From an uncultured Chloroflexia bacterium (GTDB lineage: Bacteria > Chloroflexota > Limnocylindria > Limnocylindrales > CSP1-4), in the NCBI GenBank assembly GCA_963704325.1, contig OY969885.1, forward strand, positions 142,876-206,875: a DNA stretch of 64,000 nt. Direction: 5' to 3'. A program made the position numbers and the translations under genes. The notes under the pieces are model-generated. The model was not told the origin of the DNA and did no database searches. It was given only the letters and a program-made list of their open reading frames with translations. Within the stretch, counting starts at the first letter, position 1. Each line of letters begins with the position of its first letter. Of the stretch, positions 1 to 7,927 are shown in pieces.

Positions 1-970
1 GGCGGACCATGGGCAGGAAGATCACCGCTGTCGAGATGAAGGCGATGCCGGCCGAGGCAAAGCTGATCAGGGAATCACTCGTGATCGTCCAGGCGCTGGC
101 GGCGAGGACGACCCCGATCGCCGTCGGGATGCACGATTGGAAGACCATCGCGCCGGTGATGTTGCCCATGGCCAGCGTGTCCTTGCCCTGGCGGACCCAG
201 ATCAGGCTGTTGAACTTCTCCGGCAGCTCCGTCGCGATCGGCGCGATGACCAGCGCCAGCAGAGCCGGGTCGAGACCCGCGCCGGTGGCAATGTGCTCGA
301 CCGCGTTCACGAAGACGACCGCGCCGCCGATGATCATCGCCAATGCGACGAGAACCTGGGCGTTGATGATGCGCAGGCGCGGCACTTGCGGGTCGGACCG
401 GCGAGCACGGCGATCCACGCGATGGAAGCGCAGCGGCGCGAGGTCAGAGTTGTGTGCGGTGGCTTCCGCCTCGAAGTGCTTCTTCACGTACCACGCGTAG
501 ATGCCGATGAGCAGCACGATCGCCGCGTAGCGCAGCACCACCAGGTCGGCCGGCACGAGCGCCGCGGCCACGGCGATGCCGTAGGCAGCGAAGAAGTAGC
601 GGATGTCCATGCCCAGCACCTTGGTGTCGACGACCATCTGCTGACCCGTCGGCCGGCGCCGCCGGCTGAGGATCACGCCCAGCCCGGTCACGAACATGGC
701 CAGCGTGGCGAGCATGAAGGGAGCCCCAAGAATCGCTCCCACGCCGATGTGCTGGGCGGCCGAGGGATCCGCCGACTGGGTGGCGAAGATGATCGCCACG
801 AGCGGGATCATGGTCTCTGGCAGCGCCGTGCCGACGGCCGCCAGGACGCTGCCCACGGCCCCTTCGGCCAAGTTGAGATGCCGGCCGAACCACTCGATGC
901 CGTTGGTGAACAGCTCGGCGGCGATCAGGATGACGACGAGCGCAATGGCGAGTTCGAGCAGCTCCATCAT
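1..970 (-). CDS. CaCA-family Na+/Ca2+ exchanger (YrbG-like) membrane protein, 3' end beyond window
   Basis: Manual translation of minus strand from ATG at 970: MMELLELAIALVVILIAAELFTNGIEWFG...GSVLAAVGTALPE ... IAPIATELPEKFNSLIW... (two alpha-repeat motifs, many TM segments). Not in ORF track because stop lies off-window. Confidence 0.7.
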   Translation of the reverse strand, partial: MMELLELAIALVVILIAAELFTNGIEWFGRHLNLAEGAVGSVLAAVGTALPETMIPLVAIIFATQSADPSAAQHIGVGAILGAPFMLATLAMFVTGLGVILSRRRRPTGQQMVVDTKVLGMDIRYFFAAYGIAVAAALVPADLVVLRYAAIVLLIGIYAWYVKKHFEAEATAHNSDLAPLRFHRVDRRARRSDPQVPRLRIINAQVLVALAMIIGGAVVFVNAVEHIATGAGLDPALLALVIAPIATELPEKFNSLIWVRQGKDTLAMGNITGAMVFQSCIPTAIGVVLAASAWTITSDSLISFASAGIAFISTAVIFLPMVR

Positions 971-1006
971 CGGACGGCTGTGTGCGCGTTGACCCCCTGG
1001 TGCGGG

Positions 1007-1276
1007 CTAGACGCGCAGATGCTCCGGCGCGTAGGGCAGCAGGGCAACGTGGCGCGCCCGCTTGAGCGCCACTGCGAGCTGGCGCTGGTGTTCGGCGCAC
1101 GTGCCGGTCTTGCGTCGCGGCTCGATCTTGGCGCGCTCTGACAGGTAGCGGCGGAGCCGGTTGATCTCCTTGTAGTCGATCTGTGCCGTCTTGTCGGCGC
1201 AGAACGCGCACACCTTGCGGCGGCGACGGTCGCGATACATGTCATCGCGCTTCTTGCTTCGGCTGGGAGGTGGCAT
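1007..1276 (-). CDS. rpsR: 30S ribosomal protein S18
   Basis: 89 aa ORF with [12 protein letters not shown]...IDYKE...[11 protein letters not shown]...[18 protein letters not shown], diagnostic S18 motifs. Confidence 0.9.
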   Translation of the reverse strand: MPPPSRSKKRDDMYRDRRRRKVCAFCADKTAQIDYKEINRLRRYLSERAKIEPRRKTGTCAEHQRQLAVALKRARHVALLPYAPEHLRV

Positions 1277-1300
1277 GGCGGTCAGGGATCCTTTCGGTGG

Positions 1301-1747
1301 CTAGAAGGGCAGGTCGTCGTAGTCGGGCTCGGGCTGCTCAGAAGCAGGCTTCTGGCCGGCCGGCTGGGGACGCGGTCGTGGCTCCTGGCTTCCGCCCGGC
1401 TCGCCGCTGTCATCGCGCGGGCGACGCTCAAGGTTCTGGATGGTGTTGGCCACGAGCTCCGTGGTGTAGCGCTTCTGGCCGTCCTGACCCTCCCACTGGC
1501 GAGTCTGGATACGGCCCTCGATGTACACCTTGTTGCCCTTGCGCAGGTACTCAGCGGCAAACTCCGCCTGCTGGCCCCAGGCCACGATGCGGAACCATTC
1601 CGTCTCTTCCTGGCGCTCGCCCTGGGCATCCTTGTAGTTGCGGTTGACGGCGACCGTGAACTGGGTCACGGCCTGGCCGCTGGGCGTATAGCGCATCTCC
1701 GGATCGCGGCCCAGGTTGCCGATGATCATGCACTTGTTGAGCGACAC
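1301..1747 (-). CDS. ssb: single-stranded DNA-binding protein
   Basis: 148 aa; [27 protein letters not shown]..., Gly/Pro/Gln-rich tail ending in acidic DYDDLPF. Confidence 0.9.
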   Translation of the reverse strand: MSLNKCMIIGNLGRDPEMRYTPSGQAVTQFTVAVNRNYKDAQGERQEETEWFRIVAWGQQAEFAAEYLRKGNKVYIEGRIQTRQWEGQDGQKRYTTELVANTIQNLERRPRDDSGEPGGSQEPRPRPQPAGQKPASEQPEPDYDDLPF

Positions 1748-1765
1748 AGCCTCAGCCTCCTTGGG

Positions 1766-2203
1766 TCAGCGGTCGATCGCGGCCGGAGCTGCTTCGCTCT
1801 CCGACTCGTCGATGAACTCGGTGTCGGGGATCTCGTCGTCGTCCTCCGACGGCGGCGCCGGAATCGCGTCGTCATCCAGCTCCATCTCGTCGCCCGACTG
1901 GGCGCGGCCCTTGAGCGGTCGCTCGATCCGGGTGATCAGATGACGCATCACCTCCTCGGTGATGTTCAGTCCCCGTTCCAGCTCGAGCACGGCCGGCGCC
2001 GGCGCCTCGAACAGGACGATGAAGTACGAGCCCTCGCGGAACTGGCCCACCTGGTAAGCCAGCCGGCGGCGGCCCCACGGGCTGACCTTGATGATCTGGC
2101 CCTCCGCGCTGATGACGGCGCGCGTGGCCTTGTCGATGATGGTTTGGACCTGCTCGTCCGGCGTGTCCGGGCGCAGGACGAGCATCAGCTCATAGCGGCG
2201 CAA
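1766..2203 (-). CDS. rpsF: 30S ribosomal protein S6
   Basis: ORF 1766..2326 contains RRYELMLVLRPD...IIDKA..I.AEGG.I........GRRRLAYQV core with acidic C-tail. Upstream Arg/Ser-rich part is an over-extension; likely TTG start near 2203 (GGAAGGAG 9 nt upstream) or ATG at 2185. Confidence 0.85.
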   Translation of the reverse strand: MRRYELMLVLRPDTPDEQVQTIIDKATRAVISAEGQIIKVSPWGRRRLAYQVGQFREGSYFIVLFEAPAPAVLELERGLNITEEVMRHLITRIERPLKGRAQSGDEMELDDDAIPAPPSEDDDEIPDTEFIDESESEAAPAAIDR

Positions 2204-2316
2204 GTTTGACGACTCCTTCCCCTGGGGTGTGCCCCGATGGTCGGCAGCAGAGGCCGCGGCGGAGCTGAAAGGCGGATGGCGAGTATAGCCGAGCCGCTTG
2301 CTAGACTCGGGGGACC

Positions 2317-3537
2317 TTGAGTTCAAGAGTGCTCGTCCTGACCATCGACGGCCAGAGCGCGGCGGATGTCGTCGGCCCGCTCCAGGCGCGCAACATCAAC
2401 GTTGCCGTCACACGCGACGTCGACAGCGCGCTCGCCGCGCTGGGCGACGCCGACCTGCTCGTGCTTGACGCTGCCGATACCGCGGCCCTGACGATGCTCT
2501 GCCGGCGCGTGATCGACGAGGCCGGTGCCGGCCATGCCCCTGTCCTCGCCATCGCCCATGGAGGCGACGTCGAGGAGCGCGTTCAGTTGCTCGAAGCGGG
2601 AGCAGATGACGTCCTGGCACGGCCGATCGACGAGCGTGAGCTGTCGGCCATCGTGGAGGCACTCGCGATGCGCGCCGCGGCCGCCCGTGGGCCTGCGCTG
2701 CCACAGACGCCGCCCGCGGCGAAGGAGCCAACCGAGCCCGGCCGCGTCGTCGTGTTTGCAGCGGCCAAAGGCGGCTCGGGCGCAACGACACTCGCCGTCA
2801 ACACGGCTCTGTTGCTGGCCGAGATGGCGCCATCCGGCGTGGCCATCGCCGACATGGATATGGCTCACGGCCAGGTTGCCACGCACCTCGACATCTACGG
2901 CCGCAGCTCCACGGCCGACCTGGCGCGCGAGGACTACACGACGCTTACGCCGGAGCTGCTGCAGCAGACCGGCCGATCGCACGCCAGCGGCCTCGTTGTG
3001 TTCGGTGCGCCGTACCGGCCGGACGAGGCGCAGGACCTCGATGGCGAGTCGCTGGCAGCGGTGGTCCACGCGTTGAGCACGCAATACGGCACCGTCGTTG
3101 TTGATGCCGGTAGCACGCTCGACATGCGCTCGTTGCCGCTGATTGGCCGTGCCGATCGGGTGGTCATGGTCCTGACCCCGGACATTCCTTCACTGAGGCT
3201 GCTTCATTCCGCGCTGCAGGTGATGTCCGATGCTGGCGTCGTGGACGATCGGATGCTCTTCGTCGTCAACCACGTCTACCCGGGCGCCACGATCGGCCCT
3301 GAGCAGATCGAGGAGCACCTGGGCTTGAAGGTAGGGCTGTCCATACCCCACGACAGCGAGGCTTTCGTAAAGGCGGTCAACGAAGGCCAGCCAGTCGTTG
3401 CGTCAGCCCGGCGCAGCACACCTGCGCTGGCGGTCAAGGCGCTCGCCGATTCGCTGGCCGATGGGTCGGCGCCACAGGAAGTCGAGCTGCCGCAGCGGCG
3501 CCGACGGCTGCTCGGGGGACTGCTCAACCGGAGCTAG
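2317..3537 (+). CDS. CpaE/TadZ-like protein: N-terminal receiver-like domain fused to ParA/MinD-type ATPase (AAA_31)
   Basis: 406 aa; REC-like N-term (VLVLTIDGQ...DLLVLDAAD...LEAGADDVLARP) then deviant Walker A AAAKGGSGATTLAVNTA and MinD/CpaE-like core (VVVDAG...VVMVLTPDIPSLR). TTG start; divergent from rpsF. Confidence 0.7.
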   Translation: MSSRVLVLTIDGQSAADVVGPLQARNINVAVTRDVDSALAALGDADLLVLDAADTAALTMLCRRVIDEAGAGHAPVLAIAHGGDVEERVQLLEAGADDVLARPIDERELSAIVEALAMRAAAARGPALPQTPPAAKEPTEPGRVVVFAAAKGGSGATTLAVNTALLLAEMAPSGVAIADMDMAHGQVATHLDIYGRSSTADLAREDYTTLTPELLQQTGRSHASGLVVFGAPYRPDEAQDLDGESLAAVVHALSTQYGTVVVDAGSTLDMRSLPLIGRADRVVMVLTPDIPSLRLLHSALQVMSDAGVVDDRMLFVVNHVYPGATIGPEQIEEHLGLKVGLSIPHDSEAFVKAVNEGQPVVASARRSTPALAVKALADSLADGSAPQEVELPQRRRRLLGGLLNRS

Positions 3538-3540
3538 ACC

Positions 3541-3627
3541 TGGTGCCGAAGGTGAGATTCGAACTCACACGCCCTTGCGGGCAGCCGGATTTTAAGTCCG
3601 CCGCGTCTGCCATTCCGCCACTTCGGC
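3541..3627 (-). tRNA. tRNA-Leu (anticodon TAA)
   Basis: RC reads GCCGAAGTGGCGGAATGGCAGACGCG...CTTAAAA...long variable arm...GGTTCGAATCTCACCTTCGGCACCA; CCA encoded. Confidence 0.8.
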
Positions 3628-3745
3628 CGGTTACCGAACAGTTCGGCACGTGACTGTAACCTTGGCCGAGTCTAGCGCCGGACGCACGTTGGCCCGCCCG
3701 CCAGACCACCACCAGTCAGTCTTCATGCACCTGGAGTCACTCACA

Positions 3746-4372
3746 ATGAACAACACGCTCCGCCGCGCCGTCGGCGTGGGATTGCTTTCACTCTTCGCAC
3801 TTGCCTGTGGCGGTGCGCCTGCAGGCAGCGGCATCCCCACCGGTCTACCCAGCGACCTCCCCACCCTGCCGCCGGTTTCGATCCCGTCAGTCAGCATCGT
3901 TCCCGATCAGCCGCTCGAGGACCTGTTTCCGGACACCATCGGGGGCAACACGATCGATGTCGAGAGCGCCCAGGGGCAGAGCGTCCTGACCCTTTTCAAC
4001 TCGTCTGACCCAAGCGAGTTCAACGCGGTGCTCACCGCACTCGGGACGACGGTCGACCAGGTCAGCGCGGCGTTCTCGTTCAACCTCTGGCCCGGGGCCA
4101 CGGAGGGCGATTTCACCGGCCTGTCCATCACCGCCCTGCGCGTACGCAACGTGCCTGCTGCGGCAGCTGCCGCGCAGCTGGTCAACATCGTCAAGGAGGA
4201 CGTGGAGAACGCTCAGACCGGGTCGGCCACAATCGGCGGCAAGACGGTCATCTCGGTGACCAACCCCGAAGACTCGGATGACACCGTCTACCTGTATCCG
4301 GTCGGCGACGTGACTTTCCTCGTGGGCGGCACTGCGGAGCACGTGGCGGAGGCCCTGTCCCAGCTCCCCTGA
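3746..4372 (+). CDS. putative secreted lipoprotein, unknown function
   Basis: ORF 3650..4372; internal ATG at 3746 gives MNNTLRRAVGVGLLSLFALACGG (signal peptide + lipobox LAC|G); upstream part would overlap the tRNA promoter region. Confidence 0.5.
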   Translation: MNNTLRRAVGVGLLSLFALACGGAPAGSGIPTGLPSDLPTLPPVSIPSVSIVPDQPLEDLFPDTIGGNTIDVESAQGQSVLTLFNSSDPSEFNAVLTALGTTVDQVSAAFSFNLWPGATEGDFTGLSITALRVRNVPAAAAAAQLVNIVKEDVENAQTGSATIGGKTVISVTNPEDSDDTVYLYPVGDVTFLVGGTAEHVAEALSQLP

Positions 4373-4388
4373 TCAGCGCCTGAAATGA

Positions 4389-4420
4389 AGGGCCGGCCCT
4401 CACGGGCCGGCCCTTTTGCA
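4389..4420 (+). terminator. rho-independent terminator after lipoprotein gene
   Basis: AAGGGCCGGCCC-TCAC-GGGCCGGCCCTTTTG: perfect GC stem, 4-nt loop, T-tract, 16 nt after stop at 4372. Confidence 0.6.
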
Positions 4421-4430
4421 TGTCCATTGT

Positions 4431-4506
4431 TGGAGGCGACGACCGGATTCGAACCGGTGAATAGAGGTTTTGCAGACCTCCCCCTTAACCACTTGGGTAC
4501 GTCGCC
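4431..4506 (-). tRNA. tRNA-Cys (anticodon GCA)
   Basis: RC: GGCGACGTACCCAAGTGGTTAAGGGGGAGGTCTGCAAAACCTC...GGTTCGAATCCGGTCGTCGCCTCCA; acceptor 7/7 bp, discriminator U, CCA encoded. Confidence 0.85.
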
Positions 4507-4537
4507 CCTGAGTTTGATGCCTGTGTGGACTGGTGAT

Positions 4538-4611
4538 TGGCTGGCCCTCGAGGATTCGAACCTCGGTTCACGGATCCAAAGTCCGCTGTCCTACCACTAG
4601 ACGAAGGGCCA
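4538..4611 (-). tRNA. tRNA-Gln (anticodon TTG)
   Basis: RC: TGGCCCTTCGTCTAGTGGTAGGACAGCGGACTTTGGATCCGTGAACCGAGGTTCGAATCCTCGAGGGCCAGCCA; resembles E. coli tRNA-Gln layout, loop CUUUGGA. Confidence 0.8.
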
Positions 4612-4655
4612 GCGGTCCTCGTGGGCCGGCTCAGCCGGTTGTCGGGTGGGAAGAA

Positions 4656-4731
4656 TGGAGCGGGAGACGGGGTTCGAACCCGCGACCTTCACCTTGGCAA
4701 GGTGACGCTCTACCAGCTGAGCCACTCCCGC
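4656..4731 (-). tRNA. tRNA-Gly (anticodon GCC)
   Basis: RC: GCGGGAGTGGCTCAGCTGGTAGAGCGTCACCTTGCCAAGGTGAAGGTCGCGGGTTCGAACCCCGTCTCCCGCTCCA (76 nt). Confidence 0.85.
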
Positions 4732-4761
4732 TCGGTTGCCGGCCCGACCGGCCGGATGTGG

Positions 4762-4837
4762 TGGTGCCGAGAGCCAGAATCGAACTGGCGACACCGCGAT
4801 TTTCAGTCGCGTGCTCTACCAACTGAGCTATCTCGGC
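4762..4837 (-). tRNA. tRNA-Phe (anticodon GAA)
   Basis: RC: GCCGAGATAGCTCAGTTGGTAGAGCACGCGACTGAAAATCGCGGTGTCGCCAGTTCGATTCTGGCTCTCGGCACCA; near-identical architecture to E. coli tRNA-Phe. Confidence 0.85.
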
Positions 4838-4904
4838 GCGTCCAGACCAATACCGGTCGCGGCAGCGACCATGGATATTGAACCACATCGGACCAATCCG
4901 GCGT

Positions 4905-5903
4905 TCAGTCCAGGCCGGCCAGCGCGGGCACGGTCTGCGGGTCGATCGGCGCCTCTCCGGTCAGCTGGCGCAGGCGGTTGATGCGCTCGACGATGGGCGG
5001 GTGGGTGGCCGTCAGCCCGGAGGCACGCGCCTCGAACTTCTTGATCGGATTGACGATGTACAGGTGCTGCGTCGCCCGATTGGCCACCTCGAGCACCTCG
5101 CGATCGGAGCCGATCTTGGCCAGCGCCCGCTGCAGTCCGTACGGGTTGCGGGTCAGCTCGACACTCGACGCATCGGCGAGGTATTCGCGCTGGCGGCTCA
5201 CGGCGACCTGCACCAGCCGCGCCACGATGGGCGCAACGATGGCCAGGATCAGACCGAGCACGATCATGATGATCACCAGGCCTCCCCCGCCGCTGTCACG
5301 GTTGCCACGTGAGCGGTTGCCGCCGGACATGCCGCCCCAGAAGGTGAAGCGCAGGAAGAAGTCGGCCAGCAGGGCAATCGACCCTACGAGCACCGCGACG
5401 AGCAGCGTGAAGCGGATGTCCAGGTTGCGGACGTGGGCCAGCTCATGGCCGATCACGCCCTGCAGCTCCTCGCGATCCAGCTTCTGAAGCAGGCCCGTCG
5501 TGATGGCGACGCTGGCGTGCTTGGGATCGCGGCCCGTGGCGAAGGCGTTCGGCGCGGTGTCCTCGATCAGGTAGACCTTGGGCGGCGGCAGGTTGGCGGC
5601 GATGGACAGCTCGTTGACGATGTTGACCAGCTGTGGCGCGCTGGCGGCCGTCACTTCGCGTGCTCCGGACGCGGACAGCACGATGCTGTCACCGGCGAAG
5701 TAGGAAACGCTGGTCAGGAGCATGGCGATGACGACGGCCACCGCCACGGCCACCAGGCCGCCCTGCCAGGCGCCGCTCATGGCGAAGCCGATGACGAATC
5801 CGAACACGCCCAGGATGGCGGTCAGGATGAGCACGAGCACCACCGAGCGGCGGCGGTTGGCGCTTATCTGCTGATAGAAGGTCTGGACGCCGGGAGAGGT
5901 CAT
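4905..5903 (-). CDS. htpX: M48-family zinc metalloprotease HtpX
   Basis: 332 aa, HELAH zinc motif (GHELAHVRN), N-terminal and central TM segments, typical HtpX layout. Confidence 0.85.
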   Translation of the reverse strand: MTSPGVQTFYQQISANRRRSVVLVLILTAILGVFGFVIGFAMSGAWQGGLVAVAVAVVIAMLLTSVSYFAGDSIVLSASGAREVTAASAPQLVNIVNELSIAANLPPPKVYLIEDTAPNAFATGRDPKHASVAITTGLLQKLDREELQGVIGHELAHVRNLDIRFTLLVAVLVGSIALLADFFLRFTFWGGMSGGNRSRGNRDSGGGGLVIIMIVLGLILAIVAPIVARLVQVAVSRQREYLADASSVELTRNPYGLQRALAKIGSDREVLEVANRATQHLYIVNPIKKFEARASGLTATHPPIVERINRLRQLTGEAPIDPQTVPALAGLD

Positions 5904-5954
5904 TTTGTAAGCCTCACCGGCTCAGCCGGCGGGCGCTATTGATCGGTCCGGACG

Positions 5955-6548
5955 TCAGCCGGCTGGTGGCGGGCTGTTGAAGTTGCCCAGGTCCACCTGC
6001 GGCACCTGGGACGCCTCCGGCTCCGCGTCGAAGAACTCGCGCCGCGAGAAGCCGAATGGGCCGGCAATCAGCACGTTGGGGAAGGTCGCGATCGAGGTGT
6101 TGTAGTCGAGCACGGTCGCGTTGTAGTGCTGACGGGCAAAGCCGATCTGATTCTCAGTCGTGGTCAGCTGCTCCTGCAGCTCGAGCACGTTCTGGTTGGC
6201 CTTGAGGTCCGGATAGTTCTCCACGACCGCGAACAGCGAGCGCAGCGACGAGGTCAGCATGTTCTCCGCGGCCGCCTGCTCAGCGGGCCCGCGGGCACCG
6301 GCCGTCACCGCGTTGGCGCGCGCCTGGGTCACGTTCTCGAGCACCGACTGCTCGAAACCCATGTAGCCCTTCACGGCATTGACCAGGTTCGGGATGAGGT
6401 CCCAGCGCCGCTTGAGCTGCACTTCGATCTGGGCGAATGCCTCGTCGATGCGCAGCCGGCGCTGGATCAAGCCGTTGTAGATCAGGATGCCGCCGCCGAT
6501 GATGACGACGAGCGCGATCACGATGATCCAGAGGATCGGGTTGTCCAT
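5955..6548 (-). CDS. lemA: LemA family protein
   Basis: 197 aa; N-terminal TM helix then LIQRRLRIDEAFAQIEVQLKRRWDLIPNLV...ENYPDLKANQN..LQEQL..TEN.I, classic LemA. Confidence 0.85.
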   Translation of the reverse strand: MDNPILWIIVIALVVIIGGGILIYNGLIQRRLRIDEAFAQIEVQLKRRWDLIPNLVNAVKGYMGFEQSVLENVTQARANAVTAGARGPAEQAAAENMLTSSLRSLFAVVENYPDLKANQNVLELQEQLTTTENQIGFARQHYNATVLDYNTSIATFPNVLIAGPFGFSRREFFDAEPEASQVPQVDLGNFNSPPPAG

Positions 6549-6659
6549 TGGTCTCCCCAGGGGTGTTGATGGTGACCGGCGTGACGAATCCGGTGTTCCT
6601 GAGTTTAGCAGCGCGCCCCTGGCGTACCGTGCGGACGTAGCAGCTTGGGTGATGCCGAC

Positions 6660-7217
6660 TTAGGGTCCGCCGAGTTCGCTGCTCATGTCCTTGGCCAGTG
6701 GGTCCACCGGCTTGATGCCGAACTCGTCCAGCTTGCTGCCCTCGTAGACCACAGGCTTGACCACCTGGGCACGCTCGCGATTGATGATGACCGTCGAAAC
6801 ATCGCGCATGCGCACCTCGCCGGCGAAGCTCATGGCGATCGTCGCATCTGTGATCGGGATCATCGGCTTGCGCATGTGGATTGCCTTGAGCGGGTCCGCG
6901 CTGGGCGGCCCGTGCAGGTGGCCCATGACCTGGTACGGACCCAGCTCGACCTCGACCCTCGAAGTATGAGTGCGGATCCGCTGACGACCGTTGCTCAGCG
7001 CCCCGGGCGCTTCGATGGCCCACAGCTCGGATACATCGAGCACCTGGTTACCGCCTTCGATCACGCGTCCGTCGTCGAGTGCGAACAGGCGCACATCGCG
7101 CACGGTGATCGTCTCGTTGTCATTCAGGAAATCGGTCAGGCGCACGCCATCCGGGCACCACAGCGCGCCCCGGATGACGCAATCCCCCGCGTAGGCTGTC
7201 AGATCAAGCTCGGCCAA
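6660..7217 (-). CDS. hypothetical protein (start uncertain)
   Basis: ORF 6660..7541 runs through three tRNA genes at its 5' end, so real start must lie below 7299; candidate TTG ~7217, GTG ~7271 or ATG 6926. No recognisable domain. Confidence 0.35.
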   Translation of the reverse strand: MAELDLTAYAGDCVIRGALWCPDGVRLTDFLNDNETITVRDVRLFALDDGRVIEGGNQVLDVSELWAIEAPGALSNGRQRIRTHTSRVEVELGPYQVMGHLHGPPSADPLKAIHMRKPMIPITDATIAMSFAGEVRMRDVSTVIINRERAQVVKPVVYEGSKLDEFGIKPVDPLAKDMSSELGGP

Positions 7218-7298
7218 AATCGTTATCCCATGTATTGGTGCGTGGGCGCACCATGCCTCATGGGCCACACGGCGGCCAACTATCCAAAAGTCATGGGC

Positions 7299-7375
7299 TG
7301 GTGGGCGGTGAGGGACTCGAACCCCCGACTTCCTCGGTGTAAACGAGGCGCTCTGACCAACTGAGCTAACCGCCC
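7299..7375 (-). tRNA. tRNA-Val (anticodon TAC)
   Basis: RC: GGGCGGTTAGCTCAGTTGGTCAGAGCGCCTCGTTTACACCGAGGAAGTCGGGGGTTCGAGTCCCTCACCGCCCACCA. Confidence 0.85.
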
Positions 7376-7424
7376 GTGGGGAAATGGTAACGGCGGCCCT
7401 TCGGCCGCCGTCTCGATCAGGAAT

Positions 7425-7509
7425 TGGTGCCCAGGCCGGGACTTGAACCCGGATGACTTGCGTCATACGCCCCTCAAACGTACGCGTATACCAATTCCGC
7501 CACCTGGGC
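7425..7509 (-). tRNA. tRNA-Leu (anticodon GAG)
   Basis: RC: GCCCAGGTGGCGGAATTGGTATACGCGTACGTTTGAGGGGCGTA + long variable arm + GGGTTCAAGTCCCGGCCTGGGCACCA. Confidence 0.85.
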
Positions 7510-7511
7510 AG

Positions 7512-7598
7512 TGGTACCGAGGGAGGGACTTGAACCCACACGACCTTGCGGTCACTAGGTCCTGAACCTAGCGCGTCTGCCTATTCCGCCACCTCGGC
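7512..7598 (-). tRNA. tRNA-Leu (anticodon CAG)
   Basis: RC: GCCGAGGTGGCGGAATAGGCAGACGCGCTAGGTTCAGGACCTAG + long variable arm + GGGTTCAAGTCCCTCCCTCGGTACCA. Confidence 0.85.
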
Positions 7599-7668
7599 GC
7601 GCAGCCTGCAACGGCTTTCGACGTTTCAGGCGAGCATCGATTCTAGCACGGGCGTGGCCCGGGCCAGG

Positions 7669-7899
7669 TCAGATCGTGGGCGCTGCGAGCTTGAAGCTGG
7701 CGATCGAGAAGACGACGAACAGGATGGCCAGCGCTACGGTGAACTGGAACAGCCGCTTCTCTATGCCGCGCCGGCTGCGATAGACGGACGAGTCGCCGCC
7801 AAAGGTCGCGCCAAGGCCGGCGCCGCGCGATTGAAGCAGGACAGAGGCCATCAGCGCGACGCTGACGAGGACCTGGCCCACGAGCAGGATGCTTTCCAC
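7669..7899 (-). CDS. secG: preprotein translocase subunit SecG
   Basis: 76 aa, two TM helices flanking Gly-rich loop (LLQSRGAGLGATFGG), conserved position downstream of tpiA. Confidence 0.8.
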   Translation of the reverse strand: MESILLVGQVLVSVALMASVLLQSRGAGLGATFGGDSSVYRSRRGIEKRLFQFTVALAILFVVFSIASFKLAAPTI

Positions 7900-7927
7900 G
7901 GCCGGGAGAATAGCAGGGGACGACCGA

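Noticed and set aside
137-1141. 334-aa plus-strand ORF (and 9..500, 444..1211-) rich in His/Arg/Asp
   Set aside because: Antisense or off-frame to the well-supported CaCA exchanger gene on the minus strand. The composition is typical of spurious high-GC ORFs and there are no motifs.
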